Part shown: piece by piece, positions 51,466 to 61,600 of the stretch
Layout of the letters: each line of letters starts with the position of its first letter
Position numbering within the stretch: position 1 is the first letter of the stretch
IMG/VR virus record: IMGVR_UViG_3300044719_000028
Coordinates: 1-64,000 of that record
Strand: one strand, 5' to 3'
DNA length: 64,000 nucleotides
Source: a virus
Lineage: Duplodnaviria > Caudoviricetes
Translations under genes and position numbers: made by a program
The notes under the pieces: generated by a model
What the model was told of the DNA's origin: nothing
Seen by the model: only the letters and a program-made list of their open reading frames with translations
Database searches by the model: none

Positions 51466-51648
51466 TTAGGCGAAAACCTGCACACGTTGCTTGCCACTCT
51501 CGTCCGTAAAGCTCGCCCACAGTTTACCTTTACCGACATACGCACAAGCGTGAAACTCAGCATTGATGTGACGTGCAACCTGTTCTTTCGACACGCCAGT
51601 ACGCAGGATGGCGTTAACTCGGGTAGCAATCTGTTCGATCATGTTCAT
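51466..51648 (-). CDS. hypothetical protein (60 aa)
   Basis: AAGGAG RBS behind an early-type promoter. Confidence 0.65.
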   Translation of the reverse strand: MNMIEQIATRVNAILRTGVSKEQVARHINAEFHACAYVGKGKLWASFTDESGKQRVQVFA

Positions 51649-51693
51649 GTGTTTCTCCTTAAAATGTTTGTGTCGTTTGCTGCGACAGGAAGA

Positions 51694-51722
51694 ACTATAC
51701 TCTTAACAATCCTTCCCGTCAA
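51694..51722 (-). promoter_or_regulatory. sigma70-like promoter
   Basis: TTGACG-17-TATAGT on - strand. Confidence 0.6.
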
Positions 51723-51735
51723 CAACAATTTTAAA

Positions 51736-51990
51736 TTATTTTAATGCTTCAAACTGTTCGTCGGTAAGCGACTTAAATTTGTTGTAGTCGCCCATGTGCA
51801 CAACAGTGTTGCCATCTTCCAAGAACACTTGCGGGACACTACGAAGGCCGCACTCTCGCATAACATTCATAGCCTCGTTGTCTTCGTAAATATCTACCTT
51901 CTTGTACGACACACCCTTGCGATCCAGCAGGTCAGCGAGTTGCCCGCAAGCCACACAGCTTGGCATAGAGTAAATCAGAATAGTTTTCAA
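51736..51990 (-). CDS. glutaredoxin/NrdH-like redoxin
   Basis: PSCVAC active site and RSVPQVF; TTG start coupled to the nrdB stop. Confidence 0.88.
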   Translation of the reverse strand: MKTILIYSMPSCVACGQLADLLDRKGVSYKKVDIYEDNEAMNVMRECGLRSVPQVFLEDGNTVVHMGDYNKFKSLTDEQFEALK

Positions 51991-52991
51991 AATGTATCCC
52001 ACCCTTCCACAGCAGTAGACTGCGAATACTCAGTTACGTTGGTTTCAAAGAAGTTCTCCTTCTTTGCTTGATCCAAATATGCATAAGGGTCAGTGTTGAA
52101 ACCTTTGTACAGAGTGCCTAATCCAACAACCTTTGCACGTTGGTTCGCCAAATGCTTCACCTTGGCTTCAGTAGAAGCTTTAGAAATACCAAGAATGTTA
52201 TCTCCGTAAATAGCATGCCCCCAAGCGATTTCTTGCTGCACAGCCGTATCAATCACTGCACGAAGCATCTGCTTGTCATCTTCATCGAACAACTCTTTGA
52301 TGAGATAGTTCATGAATGACACATGAGTCACTTCATCGTTCTCGATATATTTAATTACCTTAGCCACGCCGACAGCTTTATTACGAGAAGCAAGCTGATA
52401 AAAATAATTGAAGCCGATGTAGAAGTAAATCCCCTCAAGAACGAAGTCAGCAGCAAGCGCCTTCTTAAAGTTCTTCTCAGTGCGATCCTTCACAAACTCT
52501 TCATACATGTTAGCAATCAGTTTGTTGCGTTCAAGCAACAGTGGATTCGTACGCCAGTAGTTGTAAATCTCTTCCCTGTCAAGATTCGGGAACAACTCTT
52601 GCAAGATGTACTGATAACTCTGGCTATGTACAAGTTCCTGATACGCCTGCACGGTGAATAGACCTGATACTTCCGGTGCAGTGATGTAGTCGGATAGAAT
52701 TGGAAGATTCGCCACTTGCATACTATCCAACGCAATCAGAAACGAAAGCGTGTTCTTGAACGCTTCCATCTCGTCAGAGGTAAGCTCCTTGATTGTAACC
52801 TTGTCTTCAACCAGACTGACCTTCTGTGGAAGCCAGAAGTTGTTCTGCATGATGTTGACAAGGTTACTTGCCCATTTATACTTAACAGAGTTCAGATTCA
52901 TAATGCCGGTGGAGTTACCACCGACAATCTGTTTGTCTGCAATGTCATCCGAGCCAAACTCGTTAAAAACCTTTTTTTGCTCTAGTTGCAT
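51987..52991 (-). CDS. nrdB: ribonucleotide reductase class Ia beta subunit
   Basis: Di-iron ligands LDSMQ, ELVHSQSY (Tyr radical), LEGIYFY and NDEVTH. Confidence 0.95.
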   Translation of the reverse strand: MQLEQKKVFNEFGSDDIADKQIVGGNSTGIMNLNSVKYKWASNLVNIMQNNFWLPQKVSLVEDKVTIKELTSDEMEAFKNTLSFLIALDSMQVANLPILSDYITAPEVSGLFTVQAYQELVHSQSYQYILQELFPNLDREEIYNYWRTNPLLLERNKLIANMYEEFVKDRTEKNFKKALAADFVLEGIYFYIGFNYFYQLASRNKAVGVAKVIKYIENDEVTHVSFMNYLIKELFDEDDKQMLRAVIDTAVQQEIAWGHAIYGDNILGISKASTEAKVKHLANQRAKVVGLGTLYKGFNTDPYAYLDQAKKENFFETNVTEYSQSTAVEGWDTF

Positions 52992-52999
52992 ATCTCTCC

Positions 53000-55201
53000 T
53001 TACGAAGCGCAGGCTACACAAGCTTCTTCCCGTGGAGCAAGCGTAGCATTTTTCTTAATAGTCCTCACATAGTAGATAGTCTTGATCTTCTTCTCATGAG
53101 CGTAGTGGATGGCATCATACAAGTCCTTCGCACTAAATCCCTCGCGATTCTGGTCAAGAATCCACTCCATGCTAATCCCGGTATCAGTGAACGTTTGTGC
53201 AGCAGATACAGCGTCAATAATTTCAAACACTGTGTGCTTAGCAAAAGTTTTCCCGTAGCCAATAGGATTATCCTTCAAAAACTTCGCGCTGACAAGCAGA
53301 CTTCCGTTTTTATTGTCTTCGCTGAAGAATGCGGAATAGACAGGCAGCACAGTCGCAGATGCGTCTTGATAGATACTTGTGCTCGTCGTAGGTGCTGGCG
53401 AAGTTAGTTGCGAGTTCAGAATGCCAAATGTATCAATCCTCCACTGCAAGGCGTCCCAATCCCACTTACCGTTACTGTTCTCCTTAAAGCGCTTAACCAT
53501 GTTGCCATTAGCCCACTCGCTGTGAGGGAATGCTTCAAACGTGTATCCAAGTTCTTCAGCCATCACTGTGCTTTCCCAAGCAGCATTGAACTCGATACAC
53601 TCAGCTAACTCCTTGATGACATCAACGTTCTTAAACGTCATCCAGTTCTTAGCAAGGTAGTCATGCAAGCCCATCTGCCCGATGCCGATAGTGCGATAAC
53701 GCTTGTTATGAGCAGCCGTGATGGGGTCGGGATTGTTCGTCAGTTCAATACCATAGTTCAGCAAACGTGTTGCAACACGGGCAACATACGCAAGCTCATC
53801 CATATCGACAATATTACCTTCGTTGATCGATGCGAGATTGCAGACGTGTCCATATTTATCAGGCACAACATTAGAGTAAGACTCAACACAAAGGTTTGCG
53901 CACAGAATGCCATATGCCTCAGGATCGCCCTTATTAGGGTTGACTTCATTGATCGTATCGATATTAGTCATATACGGCAAGCCAGTATCGAACTGCGAAC
54001 GCATAATCAACTTCATCAGATCACGAGCATTCTCAATCTTGCGAGCAACCTTCAACTTACCTTCTTCAAAAGCTTTCTCAATCTCTGAATAGATAGCTTT
54101 AAACTCTTTACCGTACTTGCCACGAACGTCAATACCCAACTTCTGCTTAACTTCGTATGGGCAGAACGTAACCCACGGCTGCTGGCTCTTATCTCGTTCG
54201 TAGAACAGGTCCGGTATGGTAACTTGCGGGAACACGTCGTAAGACTTCAAACGAAGATCACCATGCTCTGTCTGCATATCCAAAAAATCTTGAATGTCAT
54301 TGTGCCACACAGGAAGCGCAGGGGTGATTGCGCCTGCACGCTTACCCCCCTGATTCACTGCCACCGCAACGTCATTGATGATCTTGACCCACTGCGTCAC
54401 AGGGCCAGCAGCGTTCTCATATCCACCGACCATTGAACCTTCGGCACGCAGGAATCCGAGGAACACACCAATACCCCCGCCACTCTTACTAATTTTTGCC
54501 ATACGTTTGACGTTATCAAAAATGCTTTCAAGATCGTCTTCGATAGCTAGAATGAAGCAAGATGCTACGTTGCCACCTTTGCGCAGATTACTCATGAACG
54601 GGGTTGCCAGAGACAGCTTCCGCTTGCTAAGAATGTCGTAAAACTCTTTAGCACGAGCTACACGGTTAGACGCCTTCTCAAGCTGAGCAAAACGCATTGC
54701 ACTCACCATGTGCATATGTTGGTTCAGTTCATACTTACCAAGATACTTCTTTTGCACTGTGACAAGAGACGAGTGGGAATGGTCCAAGTCACGGTCCATG
54801 TCAACGTATTTGCCAAGCTCCGCAAAGTCATCTTCCGAGTAGAACTCCAGCAAATCTTTCGTGTACTCATTCTTGCGAATGTTGTAATGCAGAACTTCTG
54901 AAAAAGTCTTACCCCGCAGCTTGAAGTTTGCCCACATATCTGCCGCCATCGCGCGCCCTGCAACATTCAGCCACTCAGGTTCTTGCGGTGTTGCAAGTTG
55001 TTTGGCATGCTGGATAACATTCTTCTGAATATCAGATGTCTTAATTCCGTTGCGAAGGAACTGATCAATACGTGCCTCAAGGGCAAGTGCGTTAGCTCCA
55101 GTGCCTTCTACAGCATGCGCAATGGACTGCTTCAGCTTCGATACATCATACGGAACTTTGCTACCGTCCCGCTTCACAACCATAATTTGCTTCTCAGACA
55201 T
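53000..55201 (-). CDS. nrdA: ribonucleotide reductase class Ia alpha subunit with ATP cone
   Basis: VVKRDG ATP cone, ASCF, GGGIG, NLCVE, YYVR and C-terminal CVACAS. Confidence 0.95.
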   Translation of the reverse strand: MSEKQIMVVKRDGSKVPYDVSKLKQSIAHAVEGTGANALALEARIDQFLRNGIKTSDIQKNVIQHAKQLATPQEPEWLNVAGRAMAADMWANFKLRGKTFSEVLHYNIRKNEYTKDLLEFYSEDDFAELGKYVDMDRDLDHSHSSLVTVQKKYLGKYELNQHMHMVSAMRFAQLEKASNRVARAKEFYDILSKRKLSLATPFMSNLRKGGNVASCFILAIEDDLESIFDNVKRMAKISKSGGGIGVFLGFLRAEGSMVGGYENAAGPVTQWVKIINDVAVAVNQGGKRAGAITPALPVWHNDIQDFLDMQTEHGDLRLKSYDVFPQVTIPDLFYERDKSQQPWVTFCPYEVKQKLGIDVRGKYGKEFKAIYSEIEKAFEEGKLKVARKIENARDLMKLIMRSQFDTGLPYMTNIDTINEVNPNKGDPEAYGILCANLCVESYSNVVPDKYGHVCNLASINEGNIVDMDELAYVARVATRLLNYGIELTNNPDPITAAHNKRYRTIGIGQMGLHDYLAKNWMTFKNVDVIKELAECIEFNAAWESTVMAEELGYTFEAFPHSEWANGNMVKRFKENSNGKWDWDALQWRIDTFGILNSQLTSPAPTTSTSIYQDASATVLPVYSAFFSEDNKNGSLLVSAKFLKDNPIGYGKTFAKHTVFEIIDAVSAAQTFTDTGISMEWILDQNREGFSAKDLYDAIHYAHEKKIKTIYYVRTIKKNATLAPREEACVACAS

Positions 55202-55778
55202 CAACACTCCCTTCTTTACTCTTACGTTTCTTATATTTTTTCCTAAGCTTTTCAGCAGGCTTCGGATTGCTATACTCTTCCAAGGTTTTCACCGAACCAT
55301 CGGCATTAAACTGACTTCCTCGGATATGGAAGAGAATCCCCTCAAGCTGTTCAATCTGTTCAACAATCTTACGTTCTTCGTCTCGATACTCTTCAGCCTC
55401 CTTGGTAGGAATGTTATCGTCAAGTGCGTGACTCCCTCCGTAAGCTGGAACAGTGTGCCCCATCGAATGTAACTCTTCAAACAACGATTTGTCTTGAAGA
55501 CTCGCTGCGATAAGAACGTCTTCAGGTTGCGAGTACTTGCCTTTCAGGTGATGACGCTTCAACGACAACTCACCAGCAAACAAGTAACCAATTTTAACAT
55601 CACCTGCAAGAGTTCGGTGTTGTGCGGCATAAATATGCACAGGTTTAGCCACATCCATGCCCAAAGTTTCTAGAACGTCATACACAATTTCAGCGTTGTC
55701 AAGATGCACAAGATCGAAGATGTTCATGTGCTTCAGAGGGTCGGCAAGCAAGATGTCGTAGCAGGAAATTACCTTCAC
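55194..55778 (-). CDS. conserved hypothetical protein (194 aa)
   Basis: Long ORF in operon, overlaps neighbours. Confidence 0.75.
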   Translation of the reverse strand: MKVISCYDILLADPLKHMNIFDLVHLDNAEIVYDVLETLGMDVAKPVHIYAAQHRTLAGDVKIGYLFAGELSLKRHHLKGKYSQPEDVLIAASLQDKSLFEELHSMGHTVPAYGGSHALDDNIPTKEAEEYRDEERKIVEQIEQLEGILFHIRGSQFNADGSVKTLEEYSNPKPAEKLRKKYKKRKSKEGSVDV

Positions 55779-56242
55779 GCTTCACCTCCAAAGAAACCTT
55801 CTGGCACAAGATCGGCAATCTCTACAGATTTGAAACCAATAGGTTTACGAATCTTGTGATTCTTATCTTTCAGAATATGGCACCAGTATTTGTGATTGTA
55901 TCCAATAGACCACCCTTGTTGTTTATAGTACACCTCATCTGCTAGAGCAATTTCACTAGGGAACTTCTCAAGATTGTTAGCATTCACCCGATCAATTGCC
56001 TCACTCACATCAAACCCTGCCACGTTCATCTTCTGAATCAAACCCATCAACGTGACAAAACCATCGCACACGCCATCCAGCAGCCCTACAGCATCCTTGT
56101 TGTAGAAGGCGTCTTTGAGTTCGCTGATTTCCTCTACAACCACTTTAATTTGTGCTTCGATAGCAGCAACGTCAACGTTGTCAAAATTGCCAGCGATATC
56201 ATTAAACTTTTCAACCGACTCATATTGTCGCAGAATATCCAT
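55775..56242 (-). CDS. MazG-like nucleoside triphosphate pyrophosphohydrolase (155 aa)
   Basis: VVEEISEL, LLDGVCDGFV, VNANNLEK and KIRKP motifs. Confidence 0.8.
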   Translation of the reverse strand: MDILRQYESVEKFNDIAGNFDNVDVAAIEAQIKVVVEEISELKDAFYNKDAVGLLDGVCDGFVTLMGLIQKMNVAGFDVSEAIDRVNANNLEKFPSEIALADEVYYKQQGWSIGYNHKYWCHILKDKNHKIRKPIGFKSVEIADLVPEGFFGGEA

Positions 56243-57219
56243 TAATTACCTCCAAATTCTTTCTCAAGCCATTCCATGCTAACAAACAACGGGTCGTAGC
56301 TACCATCTCGCACATTATGCTTCAGCACGATTCCCCTCCAGTGTTTGTTCCCCTGTACACCCTTGTAATGTTCCTCATGCACGTAAGCAGCCCCACAGAT
56401 CATCCCCCATTGCTGCTTACCACTCGACGGGAGAAACCTTGTAGTGACATCCAGAGTCTGCCTATGGCCCATCGTGAAGCTCTCACCAATGGTCTTCAGC
56501 ATGTTTTGTGCAGTGCCAGTAAGAGGCTTACCAGACATAACATTTGGGAAGTAGTGGCAGTAATTTACACCGTCAATTGTAATCGGCGTAAGAAACGGAA
56601 CAACTTCCCAACCCATCTCCTTGTACTTCAAGTCATCAATACTCAGAAATCCGTGAAGCTCTGCGTTAGCGTCTACGTGCCGAGAGATTCTATCCTCATG
56701 ATTGCCTAGAGTCAAGACCAGTCGTGGGTTGTAAACTTCTTCTCCGTTTTCTCGCTGTTGCTTTTGCAAATCTCGTAGAGGCTTCAACAGCGTTTCCATA
56801 CCTTCGATAGCAGCTTTAATATCTTCCGTAACACGTTTACCTTCCGCTGTGCGCCTGCCTTTATCATATGTGCTGAGACTTTCCATGTCTGCGTGATCGC
56901 CAATTTGCACAACGACATCCGGTTTTTTACGAACGATGTATTCGCCAATCCACCGAAGATAGTCCAGAGAAATCCCCGGCCTCACTTGTGTGTCAGGAAT
57001 TACAAGATGAGTTTTGCTTGGTTGCTCTGGCTCGTTAAAAGCTTCATCAAGTTGCTCAACACTCTCATCAACCTGCTTTTGCATTGCACAGTAATTACGT
57101 AAGTGGTCACTCACAGTACTCTTCGCCACACCCAGCAGCTTCGCAATATCGCGCCAAGACATAGTATTCGTGTTATGCAATGCTACAGCCTGCACTTTCC
57201 AATCTTCTTGCTCGATCAT
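56242..57219 (-). CDS. HTH plus metallophosphoesterase (325 aa)
   Basis: N-terminal SWRDIAKLLGVAKSTVSDHL; IPDTQ, IGDHADM, LGNHE and GHRQ. Confidence 0.88.
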   Translation of the reverse strand: MIEQEDWKVQAVALHNTNTMSWRDIAKLLGVAKSTVSDHLRNYCAMQKQVDESVEQLDEAFNEPEQPSKTHLVIPDTQVRPGISLDYLRWIGEYIVRKKPDVVVQIGDHADMESLSTYDKGRRTAEGKRVTEDIKAAIEGMETLLKPLRDLQKQQRENGEEVYNPRLVLTLGNHEDRISRHVDANAELHGFLSIDDLKYKEMGWEVVPFLTPITIDGVNYCHYFPNVMSGKPLTGTAQNMLKTIGESFTMGHRQTLDVTTRFLPSSGKQQWGMICGAAYVHEEHYKGVQGNKHWRGIVLKHNVRDGSYDPLFVSMEWLEKEFGGN

Positions 57220-57365
57220 TTAATCTCCTTCTTCCACAGTGTAATTGCATCACTTTGAATATGCGCCTGCCCAACAATATTGCCATTAATCTTTTTAAGT
57301 AGTTTTAATATGTCTCGCAAATAAAAGGAGATAGACAGCAACAGACAAAACAGAGCACAAAACAT
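57216..57365 (-). CDS. small membrane protein (49 aa)
   Basis: Hand-translated MFCALFCLLLSISFYLRDIL...; ATGA coupling downstream. Confidence 0.4.
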   Translation of the reverse strand: MFCALFCLLLSISFYLRDILKLLKKINGNIVGQAHIQSDAITLWKKEIK

Positions 57366-57373
57366 CAATGCAG

Positions 57374-57946
57374 TCACACGCCCTCCATCTCTTCAATCTT
57401 CTTACGCAAATCATCTTGACGGCTCTTATAATTCGCCACAAGCCTGTTGTGATGCTCAATCGTCTGTTCCTGAATACGGATGCTATTGTCAAGCTGGAAA
57501 ATCTGCTCTTTGAACTCTTTCAGTTGACGCTGTTGTTCGGCTGTGAGAACGGGCTTGGGGAGGATTTTCCAAGAATGCTTGAGGGAACACTTTACCTGTT
57601 CTTCGGTAACACTAAGTGATCGTCCACCCTCTTGACACGTAAGTGTCCAATAAAGCTTCCCGCGTACGGCCTTAAAACGCTCATCCAAACTGTTGGTGAA
57701 GTAAAACTCATCCGGCAATTTATCTTTCTGCTTTGGGTTGTCGTCCACCAACAACCAAAGCCCATCTTCCACCAGCCAATTCACCTCGTTGCTATCAAAC
57801 ACAACATGCGGCACAAAACCAACAACATTTGCCCACCCTCGTGCCCATTTCACTTCGTAGTCACCGTAGCGGTTGAGCTGTGCAGTGTGAGTGTAGTTGG
57901 TGTAGTCTGCGTGTCGAAACTGGAATACGTCTGGAATTTCTTTCAT
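57374..57946 (-). CDS. hypothetical protein (190 aa)
   Basis: AGGAG RBS; C-terminal coiled coil. Confidence 0.7.
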   Translation of the reverse strand: MKEIPDVFQFRHADYTNYTHTAQLNRYGDYEVKWARGWANVVGFVPHVVFDSNEVNWLVEDGLWLLVDDNPKQKDKLPDEFYFTNSLDERFKAVRGKLYWTLTCQEGGRSLSVTEEQVKCSLKHSWKILPKPVLTAEQQRQLKEFKEQIFQLDNSIRIQEQTIEHHNRLVANYKSRQDDLRKKIEEMEGV

Positions 57947-58143
57947 GCTTTCTCCTTGTGTTGTTGAATCGCACATCCTTTGACGTGCTCGTAAGCTTGT
58001 TGCAGGGCGTTGATGAGTTGAGGAATATCCGATGGATTGAACGCTGTTGTGTACCAGTAAGTGTCTCTCACAACAATTTCACCGTGCACATCTTTGACGA
58101 TAACGTATTCACCGTCATGTCCTTTAAATTCAATATTCATCAC
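57943..58143 (-). CDS. hypothetical protein (66 aa)
   Basis: GGAGG RBS. Confidence 0.65.
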   Translation of the reverse strand: MMNIEFKGHDGEYVIVKDVHGEIVVRDTYWYTTAFNPSDIPQLINALQQAYEHVKGCAIQQHKEKA

Positions 58144-58673
58144 ACCTCCTTTAAGATGTTTGTTAATGCTTCTCTACGTTGAACATCATTTCTACAATCA
58201 TACCCGTTTTGCGTGAGGAGTGCAACCATTTCTGCCCTGTTCTCTTTACGCAACAGACGGATAACTTCTTTCTGTATCTTAGCTTCTTCAAAAGTGATGC
58301 CCAGAGTCTCTGCCAACGTATGTGTAGAGTGACAAGGTTCCTTGCACAGCACTCGCAAATTATCAACTTCGCAGTACAGGTTGTTAGCGAAATTGCCAAT
58401 GTCCTCTACAGATAAGATTGACCCTGCTGCGATTGGAAAATGGTCAACACAAACTTCTTTAAGTTTTTTCCATTCCCGACATATAGCACAGACGTACTCC
58501 CACTTCTGCTGCTTGTTAGGACCACTGTACGGGCGACGAGCAAGTTCCAAGGCTTTGTTGCGAGGAGGCCAGCGGAGGCTCTTAGACCTGAGCGCCGAAC
58601 GAATCCATGCAAGGTATGCTGCCTCCGTCATTGTACCACCGCAGCGGGTAAGTTTGTTATCTTTCTCAGCCAA
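58140..58673 (-). CDS. HNH endonuclease (177 aa)
   Basis: WIRSALRS...CAIC...VDH...NLRVLCKEPCHSTHT. Confidence 0.85.
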   Translation of the reverse strand: MAEKDNKLTRCGGTMTEAAYLAWIRSALRSKSLRWPPRNKALELARRPYSGPNKQQKWEYVCAICREWKKLKEVCVDHFPIAAGSILSVEDIGNFANNLYCEVDNLRVLCKEPCHSTHTLAETLGITFEEAKIQKEVIRLLRKENRAEMVALLTQNGYDCRNDVQRREALTNILKEV

Positions 58674-59538
58674 GTTGCACCCCGATCTTTTGGCACATAC
58701 GGCTAATTTGGCTACAATCGATATTCAATAACTTACCGATAGAAATCGTGGTTTCGCCCTCTAACCTTAACCAAGCCATCAAACGGATTTGAGCATCAGT
58801 TAGTGACCCATTGTAAGGCGTCTCTTCACCACTCAACTTAAGAATTTTACGACCTTCTCGCTTACCAGCAACTGCCTCTTCTACGGTCCAACCGCGTAGC
58901 AACCTGTATTGCAACGTGTTTGACTTTACTTTTAGCAGATCGCCCAATTCTGCGTAGGTGTAGAATTTTCCTTCGTACTCAACATTGCCGACATGATCGA
59001 GACGCCTAATAAAGTCTTTTCTCGGCTCCCACATACAATTGTCAGGACCGTAGGAACCTGCTAAGTCTTTTCTGGTAAGGTTATATCCTTTCGGGCAATC
59101 CCCCATATCTTTGTAGAATTGTGCCAAACCACCCTCTCCACACCACACATCATCAACAGTAGTGTTGTTTGCCTTGGCACGAGTGAACATGTTATAGTAG
59201 ATAGGTTTGATTGGGTGTTTAGTAAGACCGTGTTTCAGCAGCCCACCATCCCCGCCAATGGCCCTATTCCACCCGATGTTCTTCTTGGGGCGAAGGTGTT
59301 TTTCAGCAGACAACACTTCATTTCTGGTTCCTGTAATCAGTGTCTCCACCATTGTGTAGGAAGACGTTAGTAATGCACTTGAAAAAGCATCTGAATAATT
59401 TCCACACTTTGCTGCGCTCAAATGCTGTTCGTATCGCTGTATCACACCAATACCTGTAACTCCTACGTACCCTTGGGAATAGACATCTGAATGCCTAATG
59501 TCGTGAATCCAATAAAGATAATGAAGACGATCACTCAT
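58666..59538 (-). CDS. GIY-YIG plus degenerate HNH homing endonuclease (290 aa)
   Basis: YLYWI..GYVGVT...RYEQH...E...GWN then HGLTKHP...NCMW...LQYRLLRGWTVEEA. Confidence 0.75.
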   Translation of the reverse strand: MSDRLHYLYWIHDIRHSDVYSQGYVGVTGIGVIQRYEQHLSAAKCGNYSDAFSSALLTSSYTMVETLITGTRNEVLSAEKHLRPKKNIGWNRAIGGDGGLLKHGLTKHPIKPIYYNMFTRAKANNTTVDDVWCGEGGLAQFYKDMGDCPKGYNLTRKDLAGSYGPDNCMWEPRKDFIRRLDHVGNVEYEGKFYTYAELGDLLKVKSNTLQYRLLRGWTVEEAVAGKREGRKILKLSGEETPYNGSLTDAQIRLMAWLRLEGETTISIGKLLNIDCSQISRMCQKIGVQLG

Positions 59539-60491
59539 ATCAACCCCCACTCCTCACTAAACTTATACCTCTGCTCAACACTATCGAGCATCTTAAGAAG
59601 CATAACATTCTCATCCATCACTTCAACCCAAGACAAGATTGTCCCATCTTCCAGCTTGTGCCCATCCTTGAACGTCTCTTGATACACCCAAGCAACGCGC
59701 TTGGCAAGTTCCTCTTGTGTCTCGCACCCGACAAGACATTTCGTAGCAGCAACCTCACCGAACCCCTTGCCCTTGCGAATACCGAACTTCTCTCGCACAG
59801 AGTCTACAGCAGTAGGAATGCCAAGAATATTATCGATTGTATCTCCTCGGAGGCTTTGCCAGCAGAGTTGATAGAAGCCGTCAAACTCGTTCGTGTACGT
59901 CGCAGCGTCATCCCACCTCGTAGCGTCAGTGTGCCAGCCCACACACATCTTCAAGTCTTTGTCAGGGCTGCTAATTGCCCTGTCAGAATCTTCGCCAAGA
60001 TGCTTGTGCTCAGCAAGCCAGATAGAGCAAACATCATCACTCTCGATGTTCGTCTGCGGCTGCACTATATAATCTGAAATACGAGCAATCAGCTTTTCCT
60101 TTATAGCGTTGAACAGCAACGGTTTAGCAGGGCGCTGACCCTTGTAGGGCTGAATTCTAGCAATCTTATCACGGAAGTTGCCATGTTTCCCGCCTAGAAC
60201 AAACTTGACACTCTTAACAGGGTTGCTCTCACTGATCTGATACATCCTGCCAAGCAACCCTTCTACAGCGTTGTTAACACTGCCAACAATAGTAGCATTG
60301 TCTTCAATTTCAAACTGCTCAGCTTTCCACTTCGGATTCTCTTTCAGCCAATTCTTAAAGGCTGTACGATTCTCGTATTCTTTCTTGCGACCTGACGCAA
60401 TGTGACGAGCAAAGATTGTGTTCTTTTGTTGTGCAGCAGCAGCAGAAACTAGCGGAGTGTCGAAGTCACAGTATAGATGATACTTTCTCAT
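59535..60491 (-). CDS. 5'-3' exonuclease (T7 gp6-like, 318 aa)
   Basis: CDFD, NFRDKIA..YKGQR, IESDDV, SPDKDL and GDTIDNILG. Confidence 0.88.
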   Translation of the reverse strand: MRKYHLYCDFDTPLVSAAAAQQKNTIFARHIASGRKKEYENRTAFKNWLKENPKWKAEQFEIEDNATIVGSVNNAVEGLLGRMYQISESNPVKSVKFVLGGKHGNFRDKIARIQPYKGQRPAKPLLFNAIKEKLIARISDYIVQPQTNIESDDVCSIWLAEHKHLGEDSDRAISSPDKDLKMCVGWHTDATRWDDAATYTNEFDGFYQLCWQSLRGDTIDNILGIPTAVDSVREKFGIRKGKGFGEVAATKCLVGCETQEELAKRVAWVYQETFKDGHKLEDGTILSWVEVMDENVMLLKMLDSVEQRYKFSEEWGLI

Positions 60492-60507
60492 AAGCCTCCA
60501 AAAGTTA

Positions 60508-60535
60508 AGCCCCACACCCTTACGGATGCAGGGCA
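60508..60535 (-). terminator. hairpin/terminator after SSB
   Basis: GCCCTGCATCC-GTAA-GGGTGTGGGGC followed by TTAACTTTT on - strand. Confidence 0.6.
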
Positions 60536-60561
60536 GATGTTACTCTACAATGTTGTCAATC

Positions 60562-61194
60562 TTAAAATGGGGCTTGTTCATCGTCTTCCATTTCCGGCTC
60601 AGGCTTCTTAGCGGCAGAGCGTGCTGCACGACCTTGCGTCACTTCTTCACGAGCCGCTTCTGCTTTAACCGGCTTAGCATCGCCGAATTCCGATCCTGCT
60701 ACACCACCGCCAGAGGACTTGTACTCAATAAAACCGTCTTCGTCCATAAGAATGTTATTCAGTTGAGCGAACGTACCAAACGAATTCTCAGTGATGCGGT
60801 ACGACACTTTAGCCTTGCTGCCGTTGCTGATGAGTCGACTGGTAGTAATTTCCACACGCTCACCGTCTTTGGTGTCCAGCAGCACGCGAGGGCGGTACTT
60901 CTCATCGTACATCTCGCCATCTTTGGATGCAGGCTTGCGCATTTTAATCACATAAACTTCCTCACCGCCAAACGGAGGTTCCATCTTGAACTTCTGCTGA
61001 AACTCTTCTGCATCGAATTCCTTTGCCTTTTGTTTAGCAAATTGCTTATTAAAAGCTTTGGCAGTAGCCTTATCAACGATACAGTCAACTTCGTACACGA
61101 GGTCTTCAGATTGAAACTTTTTTACCGGCTCCCCAATCTTCGCGTAAGCCAGCACAACATTGTTCAGAACACCGTATTGATTTTTGTCAGCCAT
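60562..61194 (-). CDS. single-stranded DNA-binding protein (T7 gp2.5-like, 210 aa)
   Basis: ISNGSKAKV OB-fold pattern; acidic tail EMEDDEQAPF. Confidence 0.8.
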   Translation of the reverse strand: MADKNQYGVLNNVVLAYAKIGEPVKKFQSEDLVYEVDCIVDKATAKAFNKQFAKQKAKEFDAEEFQQKFKMEPPFGGEEVYVIKMRKPASKDGEMYDEKYRPRVLLDTKDGERVEITTSRLISNGSKAKVSYRITENSFGTFAQLNNILMDEDGFIEYKSSGGGVAGSEFGDAKPVKAEAAREEVTQGRAARSAAKKPEPEMEDDEQAPF

Positions 61195-61300
61195 TATTTA
61201 TTTCCTTCTCTTGAATAAAATTACAACATTTGTGGAATGCCTCTTGGCGCTTCCTCCTTATAGGCTCTCTGAGAACGCACAGAGCAGACGTACAGCAATC

Positions 61301-61600
61301 TTACATCATCAGGTGCAACAGGAAGCCGCAAAGCAGTGCCAGAGCCGATACCATGATAATTTCAAGCGACGCTTCCCAACCTTCTTTCTCTTGCACATGT
61401 GTGGTGTAAGGATTAAACAGGAATGTGTTCACCAATAGTTCAAGGCCAAACACAGCCACAACAGAAATTGCAGGCAAACCGAACACTGCTACAGCAAACC
61501 AACCCCACAGCATAGTGATAGTCCAAGCGTTAAAGCCTGTGGCAAACAGACCGAGAACAAATTTACCAATCAGTACACCAATACTATTTTCTTTCTTCAT
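61301..61600 (-). CDS. integral membrane protein (99 aa)
   Basis: Three hydrophobic segments. Confidence 0.7.
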   Translation of the reverse strand: MKKENSIGVLIGKFVLGLFATGFNAWTITMLWGWFAVAVFGLPAISVVAVFGLELLVNTFLFNPYTTHVQEKEGWEASLEIIMVSALALLCGFLLHLMM

